This document shows, piece after piece, positions 47,076-55,414 of a stretch of 64,000 bases of DNA. The stretch spans positions 2,299 through 66,298 of the forward strand of contig CAWCVP010000009.1 of the NCBI GenBank assembly GCA_963799055.1, read 5' to 3'. Source of the stretch: an uncultured Candidatus Rokubacteria bacterium. Its GTDB lineage: Bacteria; Methylomirabilota; Methylomirabilia; Rokubacteriales; DASRDR01. How positions within the stretch are numbered: position 1 is the stretch's first letter; the number at the start of each line of letters is the position of its first letter. Under the pieces are notes generated by a model. It did no database searches. It worked only from the letters and a program-made list of their open reading frames with translations, and was not told the origin of the DNA. Made by a program: the position numbers and the translations under genes.

Positions 47076-47681
47076 GTGACCGGAGGCGCATCCCCGCCCG
47101 CCGACTCGCCCAGCCGGGAGCTGGCCGGGCACCTTGGTGTCGAGGCCACCGCCCGTCAGGTGCGCCACTACCGCTACGCCGAGGAGCGGATGATGCGCGT
47201 GATGGCGGGGTGGATCGCGCTCACCCCCGAGATTCCCGCCAAGCTCCTGCTGGGCCGGCAGGTGTGGGACTGCGCGCAGCACGCGGATCTCTGGGGCAAG
47301 CGCCTGCCCGAGCTGCGTGCGCCCGGGCAGGTCTCCGAGCCCTCGGGGCCCGGGTTCGTCCGGTTCCTGGACGCGCTGGAGTCGCGCGAGGCCTGGGGCG
47401 AGACCATCGAGCGGCTGACCGGCGTCTACCGGGTCCTGAAGCCGCACCTGGTCTCCGCATACGACGCCCACCTCGGCCGGACCAACTCGGTGTACGAGCC
47501 GCCCACCCGGCGGATCCTGGAGCGCTGCCTCGGCGACGAGCGCCGCCACCTGGCCGAGGGCGCGGCCGTCCTCGAGTCCCTCGCCCGCACGCCGGCCGAG
47601 CGGGCGCGCCTCACGGCCTGGGAGCGCGAGCTGCGAGGGATGCTCGACGCCCACGGCGGGGTGACCGGGGGAGGGGGATGA
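47076..47681 (+). CDS. second ferritin-like four-helix-bundle protein (putative metal-binding)
   Basis: Track ORF 201 aa, GTG start 4 nt after the previous stop. YAEERMMRV, WDCAQHADLW, GDERRHLAEG (ExxH). Confidence 0.55.
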   Translation: MTGGASPPADSPSRELAGHLGVEATARQVRHYRYAEERMMRVMAGWIALTPEIPAKLLLGRQVWDCAQHADLWGKRLPELRAPGQVSEPSGPGFVRFLDALESREAWGETIERLTGVYRVLKPHLVSAYDAHLGRTNSVYEPPTRRILERCLGDERRHLAEGAAVLESLARTPAERARLTAWERELRGMLDAHGGVTGGGG

Positions 47682-48047
47682 GTCGCGGCCGCGCTGCCGG
47701 GAGCGACGAGCCCGAGCGGGCGGCTCGGGCTCATGCCGAGCGGATCGCCGGCCGAGACCGGAGCGCGCTTGGCGGATCTCGCGCCGGGCGCGGAGGTCAC
47801 CCCGCCGGACCTCCTCGAGTGGCTGATGGGATGCCGGTTCCGGGCCGCCGAGCTGGTGGCCCACGCCCGGATCGGGACCCATCACGTCCTCAAGACGAAG
47901 TTCGTCGGGGCGACCACCGTCGTGGTGCAGGCGCGATGGGTGGCGGACGACGCCGGCCGCTGGCTCATCCGTGAAGCGGAGATCGCCCGCGTGGAAGGCG
48001 CGCCGGCGGGGTCGCCCCGGCCCGTGTCCCGGCCCGGAGAGGTCTGA
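47678..48047 (+). CDS. small hypothetical protein (possibly NTF2/SnoaL-like); frame break near 47750, or an alternative start at 47733
   Basis: ATGA overlap with the previous gene: MSRGRAAGSDEPERAARAHAERIA, then one frame over AETGARLADLAPGAEVTPPDLLEWLMGCRF...WVADDAGRWLIREAEIARVEG (track ORF 47733..48047). Confidence 0.5.
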
Positions 48048-48067
48048 TCCTGTTCGACTCCCTCCTG

Positions 48068-49384
48068 GTGGCCAACCGGGGTGAGATCGCCCTCCGGATC
48101 ATCCGCACCTGTCGACGGCTCGGGATCGCGACGGTCGCGGTCTACTCGGAGGCCGACGCCGGCGCCCCTCACGCTCGGGCGGCCGACCGCGCGCTGGCCA
48201 TCGGACCGGCGCCCGCCCGCGAGAGCTACCTGTCGATCGACCGCCTGCTCGGGGCGGCCCGGGAGGCCCGCGTGGCCGCGATTCACCCGGGCTACGGGTT
48301 CCTGTCGGAGAACTGGCGCTTCGCGGAGGCCTGTCGCGAGGCGGGCGTCACGTTCGTGGGGCCGCCGCCCGAGGTGTTGCGGACCATGGGCGACAAGACG
48401 GAGGCGCGCCGAATCGTGGGCGGCGCCGGCGTTCCGGTCCTGCCGGGCTCCGACGGCCCCGTCGGGAGCGCGGGGGCGGCGCGGGAGGCCGCCGACGCGA
48501 TCGGCTATCCGGTCATGCTCAAGGCCGCCGCCGGGGGAGGCGGGATCGGGATGGCGCTCGTCCCCGATCCCGCGCGGATCGAGGCGGCCTTCGCCGCCGC
48601 GCAGCGGCGCGTCCAGTCCGCCTTCGGGGAGGCGGCGGTCTACGTGGAGCGGGCCATCGAGCGTCCGCGCCACATCGAAGTTCAGATCCTCGCCGACGGG
48701 CACGGACCCCCGATCCACCTCTTCGAGCGAGACTGCTCCATCCAGCGGCGGCATCAGAAGCTCGTGGAGGAGTCGCCGGCACCCCAGCTCGACCCCGGTC
48801 TTCGATCGCGGCTGCACGAGGCGGGCGTGCGGGCGGCGGCCGCCGCCGGATACCGGAACGCCGGCACCGTCGAGTTCCTGGTCGACGGTGATCGGTTCTA
48901 CTTCCTCGAGGTGAACGCGCGCCTCCAGGTGGAGCATCCGGTAACGGAGGAGATCGTCGGGTGCGACCTCGTCGAGGCGCAGCTCCGGATCGCCGCCGGG
49001 GACCCGCTCGGATGGACTCAGTCGGACGTCATGGCTCGCGGCGCCGCGATCGAGTGCCGGATCTATGCCGAGGACCCGGACCGGGGCTTCCTCCCGTCAC
49101 CCGGCACCGTCACCGTCGTCGACCTGCCCGAGGGGCCCGGACTTCGTCACGAATGTGGGGTCGAGCCGGGGAGCGTGATCGGCGTCCACTACGACCCGCT
49201 CCTGGCGAAGGTGATCGCCGCCGGGCGGGACCGGGCCGAGGCCATCGGGCGGCTGGCCGGGGCGCTCGAGCGCTACCGGATCGATGGGGTGAAGACCACG
49301 GTGCCGCTCCACCGGCGGATCCTGGCGAGCCCGGCGTTCCGGGCCGGGGCGGTGCACACGCGGTTCCTCGAGGGAGGGCTCTGA
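48068..49384 (+). CDS. accC: biotin carboxylase (AccC-type ATP-grasp)
   Basis: Track ORF 438 aa: ANRGEIALRIIRT, GYPVMLKAAAGGGGIGM, HIEVQILADGHG, ERDCSIQRRHQKLVEE, EVNARLQVEHPVTE. Homology (ILFDSLLV) extends upstream of the GTG to about 48047 without a canonical start. Confidence 0.9.
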   Translation: MANRGEIALRIIRTCRRLGIATVAVYSEADAGAPHARAADRALAIGPAPARESYLSIDRLLGAAREARVAAIHPGYGFLSENWRFAEACREAGVTFVGPPPEVLRTMGDKTEARRIVGGAGVPVLPGSDGPVGSAGAAREAADAIGYPVMLKAAAGGGGIGMALVPDPARIEAAFAAAQRRVQSAFGEAAVYVERAIERPRHIEVQILADGHGPPIHLFERDCSIQRRHQKLVEESPAPQLDPGLRSRLHEAGVRAAAAAGYRNAGTVEFLVDGDRFYFLEVNARLQVEHPVTEEIVGCDLVEAQLRIAAGDPLGWTQSDVMARGAAIECRIYAEDPDRGFLPSPGTVTVVDLPEGPGLRHECGVEPGSVIGVHYDPLLAKVIAAGRDRAEAIGRLAGALERYRIDGVKTTVPLHRRILASPAFRAGAVHTRFLEGGL

Positions 49385-49388
49385 GACC

Positions 49389-49604
49389 ATGGCCGAAGAG
49401 GTGCGCGCCCACATCACGGGCGTCGTGTTCCAGGTCGTCGCCGGCGTGGGGGAGAAGGTCGCGGCGGGCGACCCGATCCTGATCCTGGAGTCGATGAAGA
49501 TGGAGATCCCCGTCGAGGCGCCGCGCGCGGGGGTGGTGCGCGAGCTCCGGGTGGCCGAAGGGCAGACCGTCCAGGAAGGCGAGGTCGTCGCGACGCTGGA
49601 CTAG
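49389..49604 (+). CDS. minimal biotinyl-domain carrier protein (BCCP-like, 71 aa)
   Basis: Track ORF: ...GDPILILESMKMEIPVEAPRAGVV...; (A/S)MKM biotinylation motif. Confidence 0.85.
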   Translation: MAEEVRAHITGVVFQVVAGVGEKVAAGDPILILESMKMEIPVEAPRAGVVRELRVAEGQTVQEGEVVATLD

Positions 49605-49607
49605 GTC

Positions 49608-49700
49608 GGGTCAGGCTTCGCGCTTCCCGACATTTCACGCTGCCCGGCCGACCAGGGTCGGGCGCGGCCGAAATGTCGGGAAGTGACAAGTCTGGACCCC
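49608..49700. repeat. palindromic intergenic repeat element, copy 2 (93 bp)
   Basis: Left arm GGGTCAGGCTTCGCGCTTCCCGACATTTC and right arm GAAATGTCGGGAAGTGACAAGTCTGGACCCC. Inner 14 bp are perfectly complementary. The arms are homologous to copy 1. Fills the gap between the convergent BCCP and rpoD stops. Confidence 0.8.
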
Positions 49701-49702
49701 GA

Positions 49703-51295
49703 TCAGTTCTCGACGAAGCTCCGCAGTCCGCGGCCGCGGAGCGGCGAGCGCAGCTTACGGAGCGCCTTCGCCTCGATCTGTCGGATGCGCTCGCGCGTCA
49801 CGTCGAAGCGCTGCCCGACCTCCTCCAGCGTGTGCTCGCCTTCCTCGCCGATCCCGAACCGGAGCCGGAGGATCTGCGCCTCCTTCTCCGAGAGACCGGA
49901 GAGGGCGCGCTCCACCTGCGCGGTGAGGTCGTCGGACAGGAGCGACTCCACCGGCGAGGGCGTGCGCTTGTCCTCGAGGAAGTCCCCGAGGTCGGAGTCC
50001 TCCCCGATCGGCGTCTCGAGCGACAGCGGCTTCTTGCACGACTCCATGATCAGCCGGACCTTGCGGAGCGGCAGCTCGCACCGGTTCGCCAGCTCCTCCG
50101 GGGTCGGCTCCCGCCCGAGCTCCTGGAAGAGGCCCCGGTTCACCCGCGCCAGCCGGTTCAGCGTCTCGATCATGTGCACCGGGATGCGGATCGTCCGCGC
50201 GTGGTCGGCGATCGCCCGCGTGATCGCCTGGCGGATCCACCAGGTCGCGTAGGTCGAGAACTTGAAGCCGCGGCGGTACTTGAACCGGTCGACGGCCTTC
50301 ATGAGACCGATGTTGCCCTCCTGGATGAGGTCCAGGAGCGGCATGTCGTGGTTCAGGTAGCGCTTGGCGATGGAGACCACCAGACGGAGGTTCGCCTCCA
50401 TGAGGGCCTTCTTCGCCACGCGCACCTCGAACTCGCCCGCGTCCAGATCCCGCATGACCGCGACGGCACGCTTGGGAGGCAGCCCGAGCTCCGCCTCGAT
50501 CGCCCGACCGCGCTTCCGCAGCTCGGCCTTCGATCCCTTGTCGGTCAGGGTCTCGATCTGCTTCTGGAGGCCAGCCAGCTCCTGGGCCAGGGTGCGGAAA
50601 CGTCCCACCCAGCGGTCGACGACCATCGGCTTCAACGGAAGGTCGCCCAGGAGACGCACCCGATCCTGATGGTTCTGCGCCATCCAGTCCTGGATCGCCT
50701 TGATCGTGGAGTCCTTGCGCGCCCGATTCCGCGACGCCTGGAGCTCGCCGAGCTCGCGGTCCAGCCTCCGGATCTGAGCGAACACGCCCAGCACCCGCCG
50801 GAGCTCGGTCTCCGTGAGCTCGGTACCGTCGAGGGCCTCCAGGTACTGATCCGGCTCGGCCTCGTGCTTCCGCAGCCGCTCGGCCAGCTCCATGAGCAGC
50901 GTCCGGATCATCGGGACGGCCATGATGGCCCGGCGGACCCGCTCCTGGCCTCGCTCGATCTGCTGGCCGAGGCTGACTTCCTGCTCGGAGTTGAGGAGGT
51001 GGATCCGCCCGATCTCCCTCAGGTAGAGACGAACAGGGTCCTCGGGGGCCAGGCTCTCCTCGACGGGCTCGTCGTCTTCCTCGACCGCGCGCTCGAACTC
51101 GTCCGACGCTCCGGTCAGGCTGTCCTCGCCCTCGGCCGCCGCCGGCAGCTCTAGATTGCGAAGGACTTCCTCGACCTTGTCGGCCGGAACGAGCTCGCCA
51201 GGAGTCTGACCAAGGCCATCCTCGGTCTTGGCCTGTCGAGTTCTGGACACGGCCACCGAGGAGATCCGCTCATTCGGCGTAACACGCTGGAGCAT
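49703..51295 (-). CDS. rpoD: primary sigma-70 factor RpoD
   Basis: Track ORF 530 aa: [82 protein letters not shown]. Confidence 0.95.
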   Translation of the reverse strand: MLQRVTPNERISSVAVSRTRQAKTEDGLGQTPGELVPADKVEEVLRNLELPAAAEGEDSLTGASDEFERAVEEDDEPVEESLAPEDPVRLYLREIGRIHLLNSEQEVSLGQQIERGQERVRRAIMAVPMIRTLLMELAERLRKHEAEPDQYLEALDGTELTETELRRVLGVFAQIRRLDRELGELQASRNRARKDSTIKAIQDWMAQNHQDRVRLLGDLPLKPMVVDRWVGRFRTLAQELAGLQKQIETLTDKGSKAELRKRGRAIEAELGLPPKRAVAVMRDLDAGEFEVRVAKKALMEANLRLVVSIAKRYLNHDMPLLDLIQEGNIGLMKAVDRFKYRRGFKFSTYATWWIRQAITRAIADHARTIRIPVHMIETLNRLARVNRGLFQELGREPTPEELANRCELPLRKVRLIMESCKKPLSLETPIGEDSDLGDFLEDKRTPSPVESLLSDDLTAQVERALSGLSEKEAQILRLRFGIGEEGEHTLEEVGQRFDVTRERIRQIEAKALRKLRSPLRGRGLRSFVEN

Positions 51296-51591
51296 TCGTC
51301 ACCGCCCTCCGGTTCCTCTGAGCCCACCGCTTCTTCCGCTTTGCCCACTATGAGACGGACGAGAGGCCCGGAAAGTTTCCACGAGGGCCTCTTTTCCATG
51401 TCCTGCCAGGCTGGTTCAGAGGGCATGGCTCAACTTGCTGGTGGATTAAGGTGAATCTTGATTCAATGGGCCATGTCCTGCTCGAGAATGCCCGGGAAAC
51501 TCGACGGGCCTCGCACCCATTCTGTTCACGTTGCAAACAGCTCGCCCGCCAGAAGAGGCGGGCTCCCGTGTGCTAACATGCCGCCCGACTC

Positions 51592-52791
51592 ATGCGCGCC
51601 GAGATCGTCAGCGTCGGCTCCGAGCTGCTCCTCGGGCAGATCGTCGACACCAACGCCGCCTTCATCGCCCGACAGCTGGCCGCCTTGGGCCTGGATCTGT
51701 TCCACAAGACGACCGTCGGCGACAACCTCGACCGCGTCGCCGCCGCGCTGGAGGGAGCCCTCGGGCGGGCCCAAGTGGTGATCACGACCGGCGGACTCGG
51801 GCCGACCGAGGATGACGTGACGCGCGAGGCCGTCTCCAGGGCGATGGGTCGAGAGCTCGTCTTCCAGCCCGACCTCCTGGGGGACATCGAGCAGTTCTTC
51901 CGAGCCCGGGGCTTGCCCTTGTCGCCGTCGAACCGCAAGCAGGCCTACATTCCGCGAGGCGCGATCCCGGTTCCGAACCCGGTCGGGACCGCTCCCTGCT
52001 TCATCGTCGAGGAGGGCGATCGCACCCTGATCGTCCTGCCCGGGGTGCCGCGCGAGATGGAGCACCTGCTGCTGTCGCGGGCCCTCCCGCACCTCCGTAC
52101 CCGCTATGGCCTCCAGGCGGCCATCGTGTCGCGCCTGGTGCGGGTGGCTGGGCTGGGTGAGAGCCGCGTGGGAGAGCTCCTGGTGGATCTCATGGCCAAG
52201 AGCGGCAATCCCACGGTCGGCACGATGGCCCATCCGGGGCAGGTCGACGTTCGCATCGCGGCCAAGGGAGCGGACGAGGCGGCGGCGCGCGCGCTGATCG
52301 CTCCCGTGGAGGCGGAGGTTCGCTCGCGCCTCGGCGACGCGGTCTTCGGGACGGACCGGGAGAGCCTCGAAGGAGTGGTCGCCGCGCGGTTCGTGGGCGA
52401 GGGACGGACCCTGGGCCTCGTCGAGGTGGGCACCGGGGGCATCGTGGCGGAGCGGCTCACCAGCGTTCCCGGGATGGCTGCCCTCCTGGAGTCGCTGGTG
52501 GCCAGCCTGGAGGCGGCGCAGCGTCGCCTCGGCACCTCGTCGGAATCGGCCGCGGAGCTCGCCCGGGCGGTCCGGCTCTGGGCCGGGACCGACGTGGGGG
52601 CGGCCGTGGTCATGGGGAAGGCCGAGGACGACGGCCCGAATCCCGTCCATCCCACCCGGATCGGCGTGGCCACGGCCGATACCGCCGGCGAAGTCCAGCA
52701 CCGGCCCGGTGGCGATCTCCGTCAGGTGCGCCTTCGCGCCCTGGTCCTGACCCTCGACGGCCTGCGTCGCGCGCTTCCCGGGCGGGTCTGA
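51592..52791 (+). CDS. cinA: CinA-family competence/damage-inducible protein (MoCF domain plus PncC-like domain)
   Basis: Track ORF 399 aa: MRAEIVSVGSELLLGQIVDTNAAFIA...VITTGGLGPTEDDVT...LPGVPREM. Confidence 0.9.
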   Translation: MRAEIVSVGSELLLGQIVDTNAAFIARQLAALGLDLFHKTTVGDNLDRVAAALEGALGRAQVVITTGGLGPTEDDVTREAVSRAMGRELVFQPDLLGDIEQFFRARGLPLSPSNRKQAYIPRGAIPVPNPVGTAPCFIVEEGDRTLIVLPGVPREMEHLLLSRALPHLRTRYGLQAAIVSRLVRVAGLGESRVGELLVDLMAKSGNPTVGTMAHPGQVDVRIAAKGADEAAARALIAPVEAEVRSRLGDAVFGTDRESLEGVVAARFVGEGRTLGLVEVGTGGIVAERLTSVPGMAALLESLVASLEAAQRRLGTSSESAAELARAVRLWAGTDVGAAVVMGKAEDDGPNPVHPTRIGVATADTAGEVQHRPGGDLRQVRLRALVLTLDGLRRALPGRV

Positions 52792-52795
52792 CCCC
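52766..52795. repeat. possible internally deleted third copy of the palindromic repeat, overlapping the cinA stop
   Basis: CGCGCTTCCCG (52770..52780, identical to the copy 2 left arm) followed 5 nt later by GTCTGACCCC (52786..52795, identical to the copy 1 right end). The cinA TGA lies inside it. Confidence 0.4.
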
Positions 52796-52808
52796 GCCCG
52801 ACCCCGGC

Positions 52809-54083
52809 GTGTCCCATCCCGTCGGCGTCGAGGAAGCGATCGGGCGACTCGACCCGGGCATGCGGGTCCTGCTGCCGCCGGGCTGCGCGGAGCCGACGCC
52901 GCTGATCACCGAGATCCTGCGCCAGGCGGACCGGCTGCGGCCGCTCACGCTCATGGGCGGCCTCCATCTCGGCGGGCACCCCTTCTGCGCGCCGGAGTAC
53001 GACGGGCGTCTCCGATGGGTGACCTTCCACGCCATGCCCGGGCTGGGGGACGCCCTGGCGCGAGGTCAAGCGGAGTTCATCCCGCTCCGGTACTTCGACG
53101 CCCCGCGGGCGTTCGGCGCCGGCGGGCCGTGGTCGGCCGATGCGGTCCTCGTGCAGACGGCACCTCCGGATCCTGCCGGCCGGCTCTCCCTGGGCGTGTC
53201 GACCAGCTATCCCTTGCCGGTCGCGCGCCAGGCGCCTCTCGTGATCGCCGAGGTCAACCACCGCATGCCCCGCACCCTCGGGGACAGCACGATCGCCCTC
53301 GACCGCGTCGCCGCCTGGATCGAGACCGACCGCCCCCTGGTCCCGTACCCGTCGCCCGGGGTGGGGGAGGTGGAGGAGCGAATCGCCGCCCACGTCGCCG
53401 AGATCGTTCCCGACGGGGCGACCCTGCAGGTGGGCGTCGGGGCCGTGCCCGAGGCGATCGTTTCGGGGCTCGGCGGCCACCGGGACCTGGGCGTCCATTC
53501 ACTCCTGGTCGACGCGATGCTGCCCCTCCTCGAGCAGGGCGTCATCACGGGGACGCGAAACCGCCGGCATCCGGGCTGCCTCGACCTCGGCGAGATCATG
53601 GGCACCGAGCCCCTGTTCCGCTGGGCGCACGAGAACGCGCGGGTCTACATGGAGCCCTCGACCGTCATCCACGATCCGGTGGTGGTGGCGGGGCTCGATC
53701 GCTTCGTGTCGGTCAACTCGGCGATCGAGATCGACCTGACGGGCCAGGTGAACGCCGAGGCGCTCGGGCCGCGGCAGATCTCGGGAATCGGCGGTCAGTT
53801 CGACTTCGTGGCGGGGGCGGCTCTGGGCGGGGGGCGGTCCGTCATCGCGCTGCCGTCGACCGGGCGGCGGGGAGAGGTCTCGCGCATCGTCGCGCGCCTC
53901 GGAGCCGGCACGCCGGTCACGACGCCGCGCCACCTCGTCGACTGCGTCGTGACCGAGTTCGCCCGCGCCGAGCTACGGGGGCTCAGCGATATCCAGCGCG
54001 CCCGGGAGCTGACCCGCATCGCCCACCCTCGCTTCCGAGAGGGGCTCGAGCGCGACTGGCGAGCCCGGCATCAGGCCTTTTGA
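52809..54083 (+). CDS. acetyl-CoA hydrolase/transferase-family protein (4-hydroxybutyrate CoA-transferase-like)
   Basis: Track ORF 424 aa, GTG start: ...VNSAIEIDLTGQVNAE...SGIGGQFDFVAGA... Confidence 0.85.
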   Translation: MSHPVGVEEAIGRLDPGMRVLLPPGCAEPTPLITEILRQADRLRPLTLMGGLHLGGHPFCAPEYDGRLRWVTFHAMPGLGDALARGQAEFIPLRYFDAPRAFGAGGPWSADAVLVQTAPPDPAGRLSLGVSTSYPLPVARQAPLVIAEVNHRMPRTLGDSTIALDRVAAWIETDRPLVPYPSPGVGEVEERIAAHVAEIVPDGATLQVGVGAVPEAIVSGLGGHRDLGVHSLLVDAMLPLLEQGVITGTRNRRHPGCLDLGEIMGTEPLFRWAHENARVYMEPSTVIHDPVVVAGLDRFVSVNSAIEIDLTGQVNAEALGPRQISGIGGQFDFVAGAALGGGRSVIALPSTGRRGEVSRIVARLGAGTPVTTPRHLVDCVVTEFARAELRGLSDIQRARELTRIAHPRFREGLERDWRARHQAF

Positions 54084-54301
54084 TGGCTCCGGATCTGAGC
54101 GAAGATCTCCTCGTTCGTGGGGAAGCGATACGTCTCGTCCTTCGAGTAGATGCGCTTGCCGTCGAGCACGACGTCGAACACCCCGGCGTGCCCGCCCTGG
54201 AGACTAGCGGTGACTCCGAACTCCTGCTTGATGGCGGCCTGCAGACTGGAGGCCTGGGGGTAGTAGTCTCATTCGGTGCAGTAGGTGATCTGGATGTTCA
54301 T
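54071..54301 (-). CDS. SelW/Rdx-family (SelW-like) protein with in-frame TGA at 54269..54271: candidate selenoprotein (CxxU)
   Basis: AGGAGG SD 7 nt before ATG 54301. Translation: MNIQITYCTE-U-DYYPQASSLQAAIKQEFGVTASLQGGHAGVFDVVLDGKRIYSKDETYRFPTNEEIFAQIRSHQKA. GC3-rich codons continue after the TGA. Both halves are below the ORF-track length cutoff. Confidence 0.7.
54236..54254 (-). other. candidate bacterial SECIS-like hairpin downstream of the in-frame UGA
   Basis: mRNA GGCCU-CCAGUCUGC-AGGCC starts 17 nt after the UGA. 5-bp stem with GU in the 9-nt loop. Weak on its own. Confidence 0.3.
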
Positions 54302-54448
54302 CGGTGTCCTCCTTTCCGAGTGAGTGTCCGTCGATCGGACCATTCGGATGATACCAGACCGCCGCGCCCGCGGCCGTGAATCGTGCCGGCCCGCGGCGGA
54401 AGTCAGACGGGCAGGGGAGCCGGAGAGCGTCATGAGCGGGGAGGCACA

Positions 54449-55414
54449 GTGGCCAGGGTCTGCGTGATCGGCAGCTCGAACCTCGACTTCACCGTGTCGG
54501 TGCCCCGGCTTCCCGGCGTCGGCGAGACCGTGTCCGGCGGGACGCTGGCGACGTCGCCCGGTGGCAAGGGCGCGAACCAGGCTGTCGCCGCGCGACGGCT
54601 CGGCGCGGAGGTCAGCTTCGTCACCTTGCTGGGGGCCGACCCCATGGGGGACCGGCTCGCGGCGGTGCTGGCCGAGGAGGGTCTGCCGTCAGAGCCGATC
54701 GGACGCACGCAGGAGACGGCGACCGGTGTGGCCCTGATCTCGGTGGATCCGGAGGGGCGCAACCAGATCGCGGTCGCGCCGGGCGCGAACCACCAGCTGA
54801 CAGTCGAACGCGTCCGTACTCATGCCGGCCTGCTGGCCTGGGCAGACGTCGTGCTCCTCCAACTAGAAACCCCGATCGATACGGTGCGCTGGGCGCTCGC
54901 GGAGGCCAGGCGCCTCGGCAAGCGCACCGTGCTCAATCCGGCCCCCGCGCGCGTGCTGCCGCTTCCTGCCGATCTCTTGCCGCTGGTAGACTACCTGACA
55001 CCGAACGAGGTCGAGGCGGGGCTCCTGACCGATCGCGTGGTGCGAAGCCTGGACGAAGCGGAGGAGGCGGCCCGCCTGCTCGTCGCTCGGGGCGTCTCGA
55101 CCGTGGTCGTGACGATGGGCGCGGTGGGGGCGGTGGCGGTCAGCGCATCAGGCGCCCTCCGGGTGCCGGCCTTTCCGGTCGAGTCGATCGACACGGTGGG
55201 GGCCGGCGATGCCTTCAGCGGCGGGCTCGCCGCGTGCCTGGCCGCCGGGGCGCCTGTCGAGGATGCGCTCGTCGTGGCCAGCGCGGCGGGAGGTCTGACG
55301 TGCACGCGGCGCGGAGCCGTCGAGGCTCTGCCCACGCGAGAAGAGGTCGACCGGCTGATGGATCGCCACGATCGACGGCCGAGCTCGGTTCGGGGAACGG
55401 AGTGGACCCGATGA
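54449..55414 (+). CDS. rbsK: ribokinase (PfkB family)
   Basis: GTG after GGGGAGG inside track ORF 54383..55414: VARVCVIGSSNLDF...GGKGANQAVAA...DTVGAGDAFSGG. Confidence 0.85.
   Translation: MARVCVIGSSNLDFTVSVPRLPGVGETVSGGTLATSPGGKGANQAVAARRLGAEVSFVTLLGADPMGDRLAAVLAEEGLPSEPIGRTQETATGVALISVDPEGRNQIAVAPGANHQLTVERVRTHAGLLAWADVVLLQLETPIDTVRWALAEARRLGKRTVLNPAPARVLPLPADLLPLVDYLTPNEVEAGLLTDRVVRSLDEAEEAARLLVARGVSTVVVTMGAVGAVAVSASGALRVPAFPVESIDTVGAGDAFSGGLAACLAAGAPVEDALVVASAAGGLTCTRRGAVEALPTREEVDRLMDRHDRRPSSVRGTEWTR

Noticed and set aside
3799-51154. Many long ORFs antisense to confident genes (for example 3799..5439, 7468..9237, 13013..15229, 19135..20799, 32471..34495, 35993..37672, 39408..41096 and 49673..51154)
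   Set aside because: These are typical high-GC shadow ORFs. Their translations are low-complexity Arg/Pro/Gly/Asp-rich. The opposite strand encodes proteins with clear family motifs and GC3 codon bias.
51531-51579. TTGCAA and TAACAT as the cinA promoter
   Set aside because: The hexamers are 37 nt apart, and no acceptable -35 sits 16-19 nt upstream of TAACAT.
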